Shown in pieces: positions 12,900 through 25,969 of a stretch of 64,000 nt of DNA; the first letter of the stretch is position 1, and every line of letters starts with the position of its first letter. The stretch comes from Centroscyllium fabricii (lineage: Eukaryota): NCBI GenBank assembly GCA_051313645.2, contig JBNRSN020000008.1:203608001-203672000 (forward strand). Reading direction: 5' to 3'. The notes under the pieces were generated by a model that was not told the DNA's origin, ran no database searches, and saw only the letters and a program-made list of their open reading frames with translations. Made by a program: the position numbers and the translations under genes.

Positions 12900-14070
12900 A
12901 CAACAACTTGTATTGATAAAATGCCTTTAATGTAGTGAAACGCCCCAAGCCACTTCACAGAAGTATTATAAAAACAAATGTGACACCGAGCCACATAAGT
13001 AGAAATTAGGGCAGATGGCCAAAAGCTTGGTCAAAGAGGTGTGTTTTAAGGAGCGTCTTAAAGGAGGAAAGGGGTAGAAAGGGGGAGAGATTTAGGTTAA
13101 AGGAGGAAAGGGGGGGGGGGGGAGAGAGGCGGAGAGATTTAGGGAAGGAATTGCAGAGCTTAGGGCCTCGGCAACAGAAGGCACAGCCACCAATGGTTGA
13201 GCGATTATAACCAGGGATGCTCAAGAGGGCAGAATTAGAGGAGCGCAGATATCCTGGGGGGTTGTGGGGCTGAAGGAGATTACAGAGATGGGGAGGGGCA
13301 AGGCCATCGAGGGATTTGAAAACGAGGATGAAAATTTTAAAATCGAGGCGTTGGTTAACCAAGAGCCAATGCTGGTCAGCGAGCACAGCGATGATGTGTG
13401 AATGGGACTTGCTGCGAGTTAGGACACAGGCAGCCAAGTTTTGGATGGACCTCAAGTTTACATAGGGTAGAATCTGGGAGGCCAGCCAGGAGTGCGTTGG
13501 AATAGTTAAGTCTAGAGGTAACAAAGGCATGGATGAGGGTATCAGCAGCAGATGAGATGAGGCAAGGGTGGAGACAGGTAACGTTACAGAGGTGGAAATA
13601 GATGGTCTTAGTTATGGGCGCAGATACGTGGTTGGAAACCCATGTCAGGGTCAAATTTGACACCTAGGTTGCGAACAGTGTGGTTCAGCCTCAGACAGAT
13701 GTTGGGGAGAGGGATGGAGTCGGTGGCTAGGGAATAGAATTTGTGACCGGGACCGAAGACAATGGCTTCGGTCTTCCCAATTGGGGTAAATTTCTGCTCA
13801 TCTAGTACTGGATGTTGGACAAGCAGTCAGACAATTTAGAGAGTGGAGTGGTCGCGAGAAGTGATGGTGAGGTAGAGCTGCGTGTTGTCAGCGTACATGT
13901 GGAAACTGACGCAGTGTTTTCGGATGGTGTGGCTGAGGGGCAGCATGGAGATATGAAATAGGAGGGGGCCAAGGATAGATCCTTGGGGGATACCAGAGGT
14001 AACGATGCGGGAGTGGGAAGAGAAGCCGTTGCAGGTGATTCTCTGGCTACGATTAGATAGATAAGAATTG
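12900..14070 (-). mobile_element. L2 LINE 3' portion
   Basis: YADNTQLY RT motif, LIHAFVTSRLNYSNALLAG, HWLLVNQRLDFKI, FKTLLKTHLF; tail with (caa)n. Confidence 0.85.
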
Positions 14071-15419
14071 AATTAGATAGGTAAGACTCCTGCTACAGGG
14101 ATATTTAGGTGTTCTGACTCCCAACAGCGCCAAGAAGCTGAGTAGTGGCAGTTTGGAGAACTACCCCCACTGATCAACTCAGCCACCACAGGAGACTCTG
14201 ACTCAGATGTTATTGAGGTGTTGTTTTCAGATGAGAATTTTGCCGGTTAATAGAGAATTCCGGATATTTAGGTGCCGTTTAAACAAGAGTTTCCTGTACA
14301 TGCACAATTAAACACGGAAATCCAGAAGTTGCTGTCTGAGTTACCCTGCTCCTCCACATGCTGCGCTGCAACAATACCTTGCCGAGAGTCTTGGCATTGA
14401 AATCAATGTAATGGCGTGAAGTTGCAGTACTTACCCACTAAACACCCACTAAACATGCTTCAGGTGTAAGTGAATTTTTAACGGCATGATCAGTTATAAT
14501 TACTGCCAAACAACCTCTCTGGCCGTGAAAAAGTAATTTTACAAGCGTGGAGTCTCATTCCTTCAGAATTTAATTAGTGCTGCAGATTTTTTTTTTAATA
14601 AAAAATAAAAAATATTTTTTTTTACTGTCTCTTTGATTTCTCTCTCAATCTAATTTTTCTTTCCCAATCTTTATTTTGCTTTCTGTACATGATTTAAATC
14701 TAATTTATAATTCCTGATTTCGGTTCTGCGTGTCTCAGTGAGGATTCGTCAATCTGATTGGTTGAAGAGTCTCGCTGTTTCTTGCCCTGATCACAGACGC
14801 TACAGATACCCTGTAGAGGGCGCCTTGCTGGATCAGACGCCCGAATACAGCAAGTCTCCACTCAATCGCCCACGAAAACTCTGTGGGCAGCTGTCAGTGT
14901 CGTGAACAGCAAGCATCATGGGCCATCATGACTTCTTATTCCCTTTACGCTCGTCCCCCATTCCACTCTTTTTCCCCAAAGCAAGATGCTCAGCTCTCTA
15001 CAGTTCCAGGTTTTGAATATTCAACAATAGTATCAAAGCTAAGCTAGTTGCTGGGAATACGTGCTAGGAAGTACAAAACCTTTTAAAATCACCATCTAGT
15101 CCTTATTTCAGATCAGCATCATTTCTGGGCTGCAATGGCTAATGTCCATCACTCCCTTTCATCACCTTGCCTTTCAATGTTAATCTAGATATGTTTGACA
15201 AATAATTAGAATCAGACTAACATCGCTAAGGTACTCTTTTCAAAGTATACAAACAACTAAAAATGCTCGTCCCAACTTTGACAGGTTACAAAAGCGTCAG
15301 ATTTTGGCACATTTGTATTAAATAACAATTGGAGCAGAAAGTTACCACGGGCCTGTTCAGCTCAACATCTTCGAATTTGATGCATACAGCTTTTGGCATA
15401 AAATTAAGTTAAGCCGGTC

Positions 15420-15780
15420 ATCCTGGTGTTTCATTCCCTCCTTGGCCTCACCTCGCCCCATCTCTGTAACACCCTCTAGCTCTACAACTCCCTCAATTCC
15501 TGTTCTTCTGACTCCAACCTCTATGCACCTCCTTCTTTTGCCCCACGCTTTGGCAGCCGTGCCTTCAGCCATCTAGACTCCACGCTCTGGAATTTCCTCC
15601 CGAAACCCTCCTGCCTCTCCACTTATAGCCTAAATCCACTTCTTTGACCAAACTTTTGGTCATCCCATTAATCTATCCTTCTTCAACGCGGCACTGATTA
15701 TTCCTTACACCTTTGTGAAGTGCTTTGGGACATACTGCTACATTAAAAAGACGCGACATAAAGAGAAACTATTGTTGTAG
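15420..15780 (+). mobile_element. L2 3' fragment
   Basis: ggcagccgtgccttcagc...tctggaattt and tail tgtgaagtgctttgggac. Confidence 0.7.
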
Positions 15781-18264
15781 TAGATCTTTAACTAATAAGA
15801 GATCATACACACATTTGTTTCAATCTACACTTCATAAATTAAGCATGGAACAAGTAAAGGTTATTCACAACCCTTGAAGCCCACTTCTTGAAGAGGCCAT
15901 GCACAATTGATTCTGTATTAGACGCCAAGCTACTTATTTAATTTCTGCGTAAAATTTAAATAGTTCTGCTTAAAAAAATCCTGGTATGCAAGATAATCAA
16001 ACACCTGTTCTCAAATATTTATTCATCCCCCCAACCTCTACTATTCACCGCTTGCTCATTACTTTCCTTATACTTTTCCCTTCTCCCATCCTCGAGCAGC
16101 TTGAAAACCATTATGCTTCACAGAGTACTTCATCAACTCACTAACCACCTATCCCTATAGCTTACAATCCCATTATATTTATCCGGTTTAATCAACACGT
16201 TAATTGCTTTTGCGCAGAATCTGTTCCACATATCCATTACTAACTAATTTTGTCCACTTGTTCTGTACTCACAATCAAGTCAAATAGCCTGCTCACACAC
16301 CTGCTTAGATCTACATCATCTATTTGTTTCAGTATTTTAAAGACCTGGATGACAAGTGTTCTCCAGTAAAAACAAGTGCAGCCCAACAGACTTACCTCAC
16401 AGGTTAAGAGCTGGAATCATCCTCATCATTTCCCGAGCCCATTCCAACACATCAATGTTCCTTTGAAGCCAAGATGTCAAAAATTGCATGAAATATTCCA
16501 ACTTATGGGCCTTTCAGAAGTATCTAAATATTCTGTAAGCTTTCCTCTGGCCAGAAAATAACAATGAATTTTCAATAATTGTATCAAATCCTTTTCACTT
16601 TCCACATCTGCTGACATCCTTCACCATCTACAGTCATTTGCTACTCCTTGTTCCAATATAGATTGACTTATGTTTACCTGCATTAAATCCATCTGCCATT
16701 CCTTGGCCATCTGCCTAACTGATCCAGATCTTCTGAAATTTGTACATTTGTCACCTGGCTATTCAACTTACTACTGCAATAAGTTTTATGTCACAAGTTA
16801 CACTCTGTTCCAAATAATGTGAAGACAGACGTATGTAGAACTCTGCTCAGTACTGTAATACCCGATCTGAAGCAGTGCTTTAATGCCCTCTGCTGGATGC
16901 ATTTGCCCTTGTAGTTAACAATTGCATTGATGGCAGAAATAATCCAATGAAAGGACAGCATTTGGTTCTTTTGGTTTCACCAAGACTTCAAACTCTGTGT
17001 GCACTCAGTCTTGTTTAACGAGTTGAGAAAATCAGCTGCAGAAACTTGTTGACAGAAATTAATTTAAACAGGGCTGCTTATTCAGCTAAGAGTAGTACAT
17101 CAGAAGTACATATTAAAAAATCCCAAAGTAAAATAATGTGCAGAAAACGGCACAAGATCGCTGTTCTTTGCCAAAACAATCAGATTTGTGGAACACAAGA
17201 GCAGGCCAATTACACAGGAGCCTGGCAACATGTAATCAACATTATGAAAAAAGTATTGAATTTCAAAAAGATTAATTAGTCTCCCAGAGGGACACGAAAT
17301 TCAAGGAAAAGTAACCCTATGTTATTTACAAAGAGTTTCAGTTTTATTATTTTGCCCGCTCATGGGGTTAATTGCAAATGTGTTCATAAAATTTAACTTA
17401 TGACTGTGCTTGTTTGTCTTTTCTTCAATAAAGCCACAATATCTTCAAACTTACTGCTACCATTTTCAAAGATGCCTGCAAGATTTTATGATGGCGAACA
17501 TCCAATATCAAAAAGTAATTCACATACGGGGTTTTCTGTATCATTATCCTGGGCATGCTAATGAAAGCTTACTTAGACAGACATTCTCAATATATCTGGG
17601 GAGTTAGGGCTTACCTTGGCAGCAGTCTAAAATGCAAAAGCTGGAATAAGCCAGTACAAGGGTAGAAAGGACCCCTAAACATAACAGTGGCAGCAGCACA
17701 TCCCGAGATTTATAGAGCTTACACAGAACCGCAACAAAAAATAGAACTTGTGTATATAGAGCCTTTAATGTAGTAAAATGTCTCAAAGTGCTTCATAGGA
17801 TCGTTAACAAACAAAATTTGACACCGAGTCACATTAGGACAGGTGAGCAAAAGCTAGGTCAAAGAGGTAGGTTTCAAGGAGCATCTTAATTAAGAGAGAG
17901 GTGGAGAGCACTGTTCCCTCTAACGTACGCGGCACGCACTGATCCCGAGCTCGCGCACAGTTGATTTGAAATGCCATGCAGAACACTGGACAGTAGCTGG
18001 AGTGGCCAATACGCAATCGACCCTGGAGTCCAGACAGACTCATTTGCGAGTCTTGCGGCCTCAGAGCCGATCGCATTTGCAGCTCTTGAAGTGTGTTCCG
18101 ACGGTTGATGGGCTGTTGTTTAATATCGGGAGGGGTTTGATTTTCTCCCTTGAACTTTGACCTTTCAGCAGGCCAATCCCCCATGCTCTGATTCTGTGTG
18201 TTTCAGCCATGTTGGACCACACTTTCGTCCGCTCCTTGCAGAGATCAGGGGATCTGTTGCTGGC

Positions 18265-18840
18265 TGGCCGGGGGGGGGGGGGGGGAGGAGGCGAGGAGGA
18301 AGATCGAGGATCGAAAGGGGGTGGGGGAAGACTGAAAGATGGGGGGTCAGAGAGAGGCGGGGGGGGGGGGCAGAGAGAGCGAGGCGGGGGGGGGGGGGGC
18401 CGAGAGAGCGAGGCGGGGGGGCCTAGAGAGCGAGGCGGGGAGGGGCCAGAGAGAGAGGCGGGGAGGGGCCAGAGAGAGAGGCGGGGAGGGGCCAGAGAGA
18501 GAGAGAGAGGCGGGGGGCCAGAGAGAGAGGCGGGGGGCCACAGAGAGAGGCGGGGGGCCACAGAGAGAGGCGGGGGGCCAGAGAGAGAGGCGGGGGGCCA
18601 GAGAGAGGGGCGGGGGGCCAGAGAGAGGGGCGGGGCGCCAGAGAGGGGGGCGGGGTGCCAGAGAGGGGGGCGGGGCGCCAGAGAGGGGGCGGGGCGCCAG
18701 AGAGGGGGGCGGGGCGCCAGAGAGAGGGGCGCGCGGCCAGAGAGAGGGGCGGGGGCCAGAGAGAGAGAGATGGGGGCCAGAGAAAGAGAGATGGGGGGGG
18801 GGGCCCAGAGAGAGAGACGGGGAGCGAGAGGGGGGACCGA
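18265..18840. repeat. G/A-rich minisatellite (~19-20 bp unit ccagagagagaggcgggggg)
   Basis: Visible tandem repeats with G-runs; they produce spurious GGGPERE / Pro-rich ORFs. Confidence 0.9.
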
Positions 18841-19395
18841 GGGACAGACAGACAGGGGAATGCGGTACCCCACTAGTCACTGCCTGCCACTCGGAAAAAG
18901 AGCCGTTTATTCTAACTCTTTGCTTTCTGTCTGCCAACTAATTCTCTATCCAAGTCAATACCTTACCCCCAATCCCATGTGCCTTAATTTTACACGCTAA
19001 TCTCTTATTCGGGACCTTATCGAAAGCCTTCTGAAAGTCCAAGTACACCACAGCCACCGGTTCTCCCTTATCCACTTTATCAGTTACATCCTCAAAAAAT
19101 TCCAGTAGATTAGTCAAGCACGATTTACCTTTTGTAAATCCATGTTGACTTTGTCCGATCCGGTCACTATTTTCCAAGTACTCTGCTATTACATCTTTTA
19201 TAATGGACTCTAGCATTTTCCCCACTACCAATGTCAGGCATACCAGTCTGTAATTCCCTGTTTTCTCTTTATGACCTTTTTTGAACAGTGGGGTAACATT
19301 AGCTACCCTCGAATCCATGGGAACTGTTCCAGAATCTTATCGAATTTTGGAAGATGAGCAGCAATGCATCCACTATTTGTAGGGCCACTTTCTTA

Positions 19396-19730
19396 ATTCA
19401 ATTCAATTTTATTGTCATTGCAGTGTACTAGTACAATACAACGAAACGTAGATTCGCCGCTCCAGAGAGTAGTGCAAATAAGTTACATGGGTTGCATACA
19501 ATAAAGTACATTTCAGGTGTGCAGATAATGGAGTTTTTTGTTAGAGTTCAGGAGACTGACAGCCCTGGGGAAGAAGCTGTTCTTGAATCTGGTCGTGCGG
19601 GTGCAAATTGATCTGTAGCGTCTCCTAGAAGGCAGGGGGGCGAACAGACTATGGCTGGGGTGTGTGGGGTCTTTAATAATGTTCTAAGACCTCCGTAGGC
19701 AGCGTTTCTGGTAGGTGCTTTCAGGTAGGT
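19396..19730 (-). mobile_element. Rex1/Babar LINE 3' fragment
   Basis: Reverse complement closely matches the 3' end of the Rex1 at 46540-46868, including the (gaatt)n tail. Confidence 0.8.
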
Positions 19731-20690
19731 AAGTAAAGTAAAGTAAAGTAAAGTAAATTTTATTGTCACATGACTGAACAAAATTCATACAGTGAAATGC
19801 ATACTGCAATTCCACACGCGCTATACATCTACTAACAATAAAAACAACAAAAGACACATAGCACGCCCGGAACCCGCAAGACATCAAGCCATTCTCCGGC
19901 GCCATCATTGAGGGTCCGCTAATGCTCCAGCTCTTCAATTCGATGTTGTTAAACCTCCTCATTACTGCGATGCACTGCTGAATATAGATTTTTTGATGGT
20001 TACGGGACTACAAACCTGCATTCCATGATTGAATGATGGAGTCCATTGTCCGATCTTCGGCCCAGGAATGCCCCCAGCTGATAGAGACACCGGTCGTGGA
20101 CTGCCCTTCGGCCCGAAAGCGGGCCCAGCTCACAGAGACGTCGTCGGGGGCTGCCCTTCGGCCCGATAGCGGGCCCAGCTGATAAGAGACGTCGGGGGGC
20201 TTCCCTTCAGCCCGAGAGCGGGCCCAGCTGAGAGACGTCGTCGGGGGCTGCCCTTCGGCCCGAGAGCGGGCCCAGCTGAGAGACGTCGTCGGGGGCTGCC
20301 CTTCGGCCCGAGAGCGGGCCCAGCTGAGAGACGTCGTCGGGGGCTGCCCTTCGGCCCGAGAGCGGGCCCAGCTGAGAGACGTCGTCGGGGGCTGCCCTTC
20401 GGCCCGAGAGCGGGCCCAGCTGACAGAGACGCCGGTCGTTTAAAAAGAAACCGCCAATCGAGGCCTACCCTTCGGCCAGGTCTCCGAAACCATCAAAAAA
20501 AGAAAAACCATAACTTGAAACTTGAATTTGAATTTAAACCCAAACCATCAGCCACTCTGCTGGCTTTCATTAGTCCGATTTTTAAATTCAAAACCAAAAC
20601 ATTGATGTAAAATATAATTTCAAATTTGATTTCTAGCAGCGTGTCATCTTGATGACCGCTCCTGCCGGAGCACAGCGCCCGGATGTAGCC
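19728..20690 (-). mobile_element. Non-autonomous retroposon with (ttact)n tail and internal 48-bp array
   Basis: Tail ...gtgacaataaaat(ttact)n. A related copy at 23838-24260 shares ccgcaagac..attctccggcgccatcat. No coding capacity seen. Confidence 0.55.
20075..20437. repeat. ~48-bp GC-rich tandem repeat, ~7 copies
   Basis: Unit gctgcccttcggcccgagagcgggcccagctgagagacgtcgtcgggg. Confidence 0.9.
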
Positions 20691-21971
20691 TAGGATGTAG
20701 ATTATCAGGCCCTGGGGATTTATTGGCCTTCAATCCCGTCAATTTCTCTAACACCATTTCCCTACAAATACTGATTTCTATCAGTTCCTCCCTTTCATTA
20801 GACCCCATGTTCACGACATCTCTGGGAGATTATTTGTGTCCTCCTTTGTGAAGACAGAACCAAAGTATGTATTTAATTGGTTTGCCATTTCTTTGTTCCC
20901 CATTATAAATTCCCCTGATTCTGACTGCAAGGGTCCTACGCTTGACTTCACCAATCCTTTTCTCTTCACATATCTATAAAAGCTTTTACAGTCAAAGAGA
21001 AAGACACAGAAAATAGTTCAATTAAACTGATAATGTACAATTTTGATTTGGTATAAATTTTTGAAATAGGAGATTAAACATTGAGAGCACAATGAAGTTT
21101 ATTTCCCAATATTTTAATTGAGATGTACCTAAAATAATTAAACACTTTGTGATTAAGAGCAGGGATTAATATTGTGGACAAAGTTTGAGAGAAAAAAATT
21201 AGAAGCAAAATTTGTAAATTAACATCTTTATGTCAACATATTAGTAAACATTTCCGAGTCAGTCTGATTAGTTCTCCTGCCCAGGAAGAATGTTTATTTC
21301 TGTTAAATCATAGCTTTTCCTGCTTATGGTTTTTAATTCGGTGATGCAACTTGCATACGTGTTTTTCTACACTTGTGAATAAGTGTTGCATTTCTGACAT
21401 GTTACATGGGTGGGGGGGGGGGGGCGGTGATGGTTCAAGAAGACAATGTTTAATAGAAATGATTGAAGCTGGAATTACGGATACCGGTTTTTGTTCAACT
21501 CTTTCTAATAATATTAACTAAAGCACTTTATATTTGTTGGTTGTCTGGCTGTATTGTGATTAATATTCGAATTATTCAAGTGGACGTACAGGAATAGGAA
21601 AGCCGCTGCTCCTGCTGCTTGTGCAGCCACTGATATAGTGACATGAGGGGTGGGCTAATACGTTGAAAACTTTAAAATTAATACAAATTGCACAAATAGA
21701 TATGCCTCTTTCAGCTCACCTTGGGCTTTTGGATTGTTTGTCGATGCATAACCGTGTAACTGAGTGACGTTTCTGAAGTGTTAATGTATTATTATGCAGT
21801 TCTTTTATATCGCAGCTTTTTCTGACAAGTAATTTTTTATTAAATAGAGTTTGTACATGACGAACTAAAAGCTTTTACTTAAATCTATCGTAAAGAAACT
21901 TGCAGAATGGGCATGTAAATGACAAATGAACTTCAGTATAGTTAAGTGTGAGGTGGTGCATTTTGGTAGGA

Positions 21972-23048
21972 GGAATAAGGAGACGACACACTCCTTGGAA
22001 TAAGGAGACGACACACTCCTTGGAATAAGGAGACGACACACTCCTTGGAATAAGGAGACGACACACTCCTTGGAATAAGGAGACGACACACTCCTTGGAA
22101 TAAGGAGACGACACACTCCTTGGAATAAGGAGACGACACACTCCTTGGAATAAGGAGACGACACACTCCTTGGAATAAGGAGACGACACACTCCTTGGAA
22201 TAAGGAGACGACACACTCCTTGGAATAAGGAGACGACACACTCCTTGGAATAAGGAGACGACACACTCCTTGGAATAAGGAGACGACACACTCCTTGGAA
22301 TAAGGAGACGATCTACCCCTTGGAATAAGGAGACGACACACTCCTTGGAATAAGGAGACGACCTACTCCTTGGAATAAGGAGACGACACACTCCTTGGAA
22401 TAAGGAGACGACCTACTCCTTGGAATAAGGAGACGACGCACTCCTTGGAATAAGGAGACGACGCACTCCTTGGAATAAGGAGACGACACACTCCTTGGAA
22501 TAAGGAGACGACACACTCCTTGGAATAAGGAGACGACCCACTCCTTGGAATAAGGAGACGACACACTCCTTGGAATAAGGAGACGACACACTCCTTGGAA
22601 TAAGGAGACGACACACTCCTTGGAATAAGGAGACGACACACCCCTTGGAATAAGGAGACGACACACTCCTTGGAATAAGGAGACGACACACTCCTTGGAA
22701 TAAGGAGACGACACACTCATTGGAATAAGGAGACGACACACTCCTTGGAATAAGGAGACGACACACTCCTTGGAATAAGGAGACGACACACTCCTTGGAA
22801 TAAGGAGACGACACACTCCTTGGAATAAGGAGACGACACACTCCTTGGAATAAGGAGACGACCTACTCCTTGGAATAAGGAGACGACACACTCCTTGGAA
22901 TAAGGAGACGACACACTCCTTGGAATAAGGAGACGACCTACCCCTTGGAATAAGGAGACGACCTACTCCTTGGAATAAGGAGACGACCTACTCCTTGGAA
23001 TAAGGAGACGACCTACTCCTTGGAATAAGGGGACGACCTACTCCTTGG
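21972..23048. repeat. 25-bp minisatellite, ~43 copies, expanded within a CR1 fragment (21880-23222)
   Basis: Unit ggaataaggagacgacacactcctt. The flanks are contiguous CR1 sequence (KCEVVHFGRRN on the left, LNG..GLISRGIEFKS on the right). Confidence 0.95.
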
Positions 23049-23227
23049 CAAATAAGAGTCTAAATGGGTGGGGGTGCAAAGGGATATAGAGGTATAGATC
23101 CACAAATCATTAAAAGTAGCAACGCAGGTTTAAAAAGCCATCAAAGTGCAAATAAAGCCCTGGGGCTCATTTCTAGAGGAATAGAATTCAAAAGCAGCGA
23201 AGTTATGTTAAACTTGTATACAATCTT

Positions 23228-23775
23228 AAATAACAACAGAAAATGCTGGAAAAACTCAGCGGGCCAGGCAGCATTGGTGGAGAGAAATAGAGTTGACGTT
23301 TTGGGTTCAGACCCTTCATCAAAACTAAAGTTGGGGAATGAAACACAAGCAGGAAGCCGGAAGGGGGTGGGGAGCAAGGAAAGACAGCACAAAGAGAAAA
23401 GACTTAGATGAAATTCTGTGGACAGGAGACAGTAATTGATTAGGTGTGAAAACTCTGGCAGAAGAGGTGGCTGCCACAACAGAGAAAAGAAAGGCCAAAT
23501 AAACATCAGAAAATGCTGGAAAACCTCAGCAGGATAAAAAGAGTTAAAAATATATAATGGGAGCCGGAGTTATGATCGGAGATTGTTGAAGTCGATGTTG
23601 AGTCCAGAGGATTGTAAAGTGCCTAATCGGAAGAGGAGGTGTTGTTCCTCGAGTTTACGCTGAGCTTCTGAGGAACAATGTACTAGGCCAAGGACAGAGA
23701 GATCAGAGTGGGAGTGAAACGAGGAGTTAAAGTGACAGGCGACCGGGAGTTTGGGGTCGAGTGATGCCTACCTTG
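23228..23775 (-). mobile_element. Penelope-like element 3' fragment
   Basis: Minus strand EAQRKLEEQHLLFRLGTLQSSGLNIDFNN (GIY-YIG C-terminus) plus aaatgctggaaaaactcagc terminal motifs. Confidence 0.75.
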
Positions 23776-23837
23776 TATAGAATCTTGTCTGATTGTCATA
23801 TGATTTCAGATGGTGGGGTGGCAATATGGCATTACAC

Positions 23838-24260
23838 AAGTTCAAGTTCATTGTCACATGTACTAAATACAATTTAGAGAGTGAAATGTTTACTGCTATC
23901 CGAACACACCGCGCAATGACGACATTAAGCTGCCCGGCACGCACGAGCCCGCAAGACGTCAGCTATTCTCCGGCGCCATCATCGTGGGTCCCGTTCATGC
24001 TCTGGCTACTCAGTTCGATGTTAATTGTCCTCTACCGCTCCGTTAACTTGCTCTGCCGCTGTTTCTTCCGTGGTTACTCTTCACTTGACTCCTTTCTGCC
24101 CGACCCCATGCCGGCTCCCCCGAATCCACGGAGCTCCGAACTCCGGGTGCAGCGTCCCGAGGCCTGGGGCCTAGCTTTTGTCCAAGCGCCATTCCGACTC
24201 CCCTGAGCTCCGAACTCCAGACCAAGGCCTAGGGCCAAGCCTGGCTCTCCTCCAGGTGCC
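23838..24260 (-). mobile_element. Second copy of the non-autonomous family seen at 19728-20690
   Basis: Shared 3' region and gtgacaatgaa(cttgaa)n tail. Confidence 0.5.
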
Positions 24261-24899
24261 CATATATGTTTTTAAGTGGTTTCTGTTGATGTTTTTCCTC
24301 AGGGACAAAAGGTCACGCTTAAAGGAGTTTGTGGCCCGCTCAGTACAAAAAAGATTCGAGGGAACATTGTTGAAGAGGTTTCGAGAAGGAATTCCAGAGC
24401 TTAGAGCCTCGGCTGAAGGCACGGCCGCCAATGGTGGGTGGAAGGAAATCGGGGATGCACAAGCAGCCAGAATTTGACATGTCAAATATTGACAGTTTCA
24501 CAGTGTAGAAAAAAGTGCCACAACAATCTCAAAGAAACAATGAATTAGTATTAGCTTGTATGACTGCTGAAGAGAAAGCTAAAGAACAAGCTATTGAGAT
24601 ACAAAGAGTGACGTAGTTGAGTAAAGAGAGATCAATAAATTTTAAACAGCAAGAAAGAGAAGTAGCGTCGTCGTGTTCTTGAATTGACAGCTTGTCCAGC
24701 GGGCGAGGGAACAATGATTCAGCCCATAACTCTGTTGGGTTTAATTTCACTGAACCTAATTTAATTCCAAATTTTAAAGAAAGACAGCAGCAGTATTTTT
24801 ATTCAAGCTTTTGAATTCAATGCAACCCACCAAAAGTGGAACAAAGATGTCTAACCTAATGGATTAAATCCTCTCCTACCAGTAAAGCAATCGTGGATT

Positions 24900-25630
24900 T
24901 TTCTCATCTTAATGCCTGTGTTGTCAGACTGCTTGTGCAAGCCTGGGTGAGTTACAATTTCTTCCAGTTAAACGGTGGGAAGCTCAAAACTACTGTCTTC
25001 GGCCCCTGCCACAAACTTCATTCCCTTACCACCAATTCCACCCCATCCCCGACCACTGCCTCAGATCAAACCAGAATATTCACAACCTCGGGTTCCCTAT
25101 TTGAATCTGAAATGAGTTTACAACCCATATCCCACTCAATCACAAAACCCGCCTACTTCTACCTCCGTAATATCACCCGTCTCTGCCCCTGCTTCAGCCC
25201 ATCTTCTGCTGAAACCCTGATCCATACCTTCGTCACCTCCAAATTCAACTATTCCAATGCTTGCCTCCCATCCTCCATAAACATCAGCTCATTTAAAACT
25301 CTGCTGCCCATATCGTATCCTGCACTAAGTCCCACTCACCCATCAGCTCGCTGACCTACCTTGGTTCCCAGACCCCATCGCCTCCCATTTAAAGATGCTC
25401 ATCCTCATGATTAAATTCCTCCACTGCCTTGCCTCCATCTCTGTAACCTTCTCCAGCACAACAACCCTTTGCCCTCTTGTACTTCCTGAAATCTCTTCAC
25501 CCGACCAGTGGCAGTCGCGCCTGCAGCCATATAGGCCCAAAGCTCTGGAAATCACTCCCTAAATCTCGCTACCATGGGACATTTCTCTACATTAAAGGCG
25601 CTAAATAAATCCAAGTAGTAGTTGTTGTTG
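24900..25630 (+). mobile_element. L2 3' fragment
   Basis: NFFQLNGGK, ITKPAYFYLRNI, ETLIHTFVTSK; (gtt)n tail. Confidence 0.8.
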
Positions 25631-25969
25631 CAGTCAAACTATAAAACACACAATTTTTAATGCCTATGACTTTAAAACTAAAGTAAAAATGTAAGAAATA
25701 TGGGTTCTTTTCACACCTCCATCACAAGGCACCCAAGATGAGGGATACAATGGGGCTGGGGAGAAGGGAGGAACAGCCTAATTTCCCACCACAATCATGG
25801 ACAGGATATTAATACTCCAACGTGCTGCACTTTCAGAAACTGATATTAAAAATTAGTTAGACCATCACAAATAAGGAATAAAATCATCAACAGTAAGGAA
25901 GGCATGCATGCAAGGCAGCAAAACCAGAAGTGGTCACAAGATACTGCAGTACTGAAGGTTCGGTCAAGA

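Larger units (their letters stand above)
18870..20993 (-). mobile_element. CR1 ORF2 fragment (18870-19395 plus 20692-20993) split by nested insertions
   Basis: VANVTPLFKKG..NYRLVCLT..QHGFTKGKSCLTNLLEFFE..YLDFQKAFDKV. The second part matches the CR1 ORF2 region seen at 50246-50626. Confidence 0.85.
17909..24369. mobile_element. hAT-like DNA transposon relic with nested insertions, inserted in an L2
   Basis: TIRs cactgttccctctaa / ttcgagggaacattg (13/15); degenerate 8-bp TSD gtggagag / ttgaagag. The minus-strand L2 at 17740-17908 continues at 24370-24475. Confidence 0.65.

Noticed and set aside
18061-19000. Long Gly/Arg- and Pro-rich ORFs
   Set aside because: Translations of a G/A minisatellite that lacks stop codons.
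20075-20437. Hammerhead ribozymes in the 48-bp array
   Set aside because: Neither strand has CUGANGA plus GAAA correctly arranged.
21972-23048. CRISPR-like array and overlapping repetitive ORFs
   Set aside because: Head-to-tail units without unique spacers, in a eukaryotic CR1 context; the ORFs are artefacts of the repeat.
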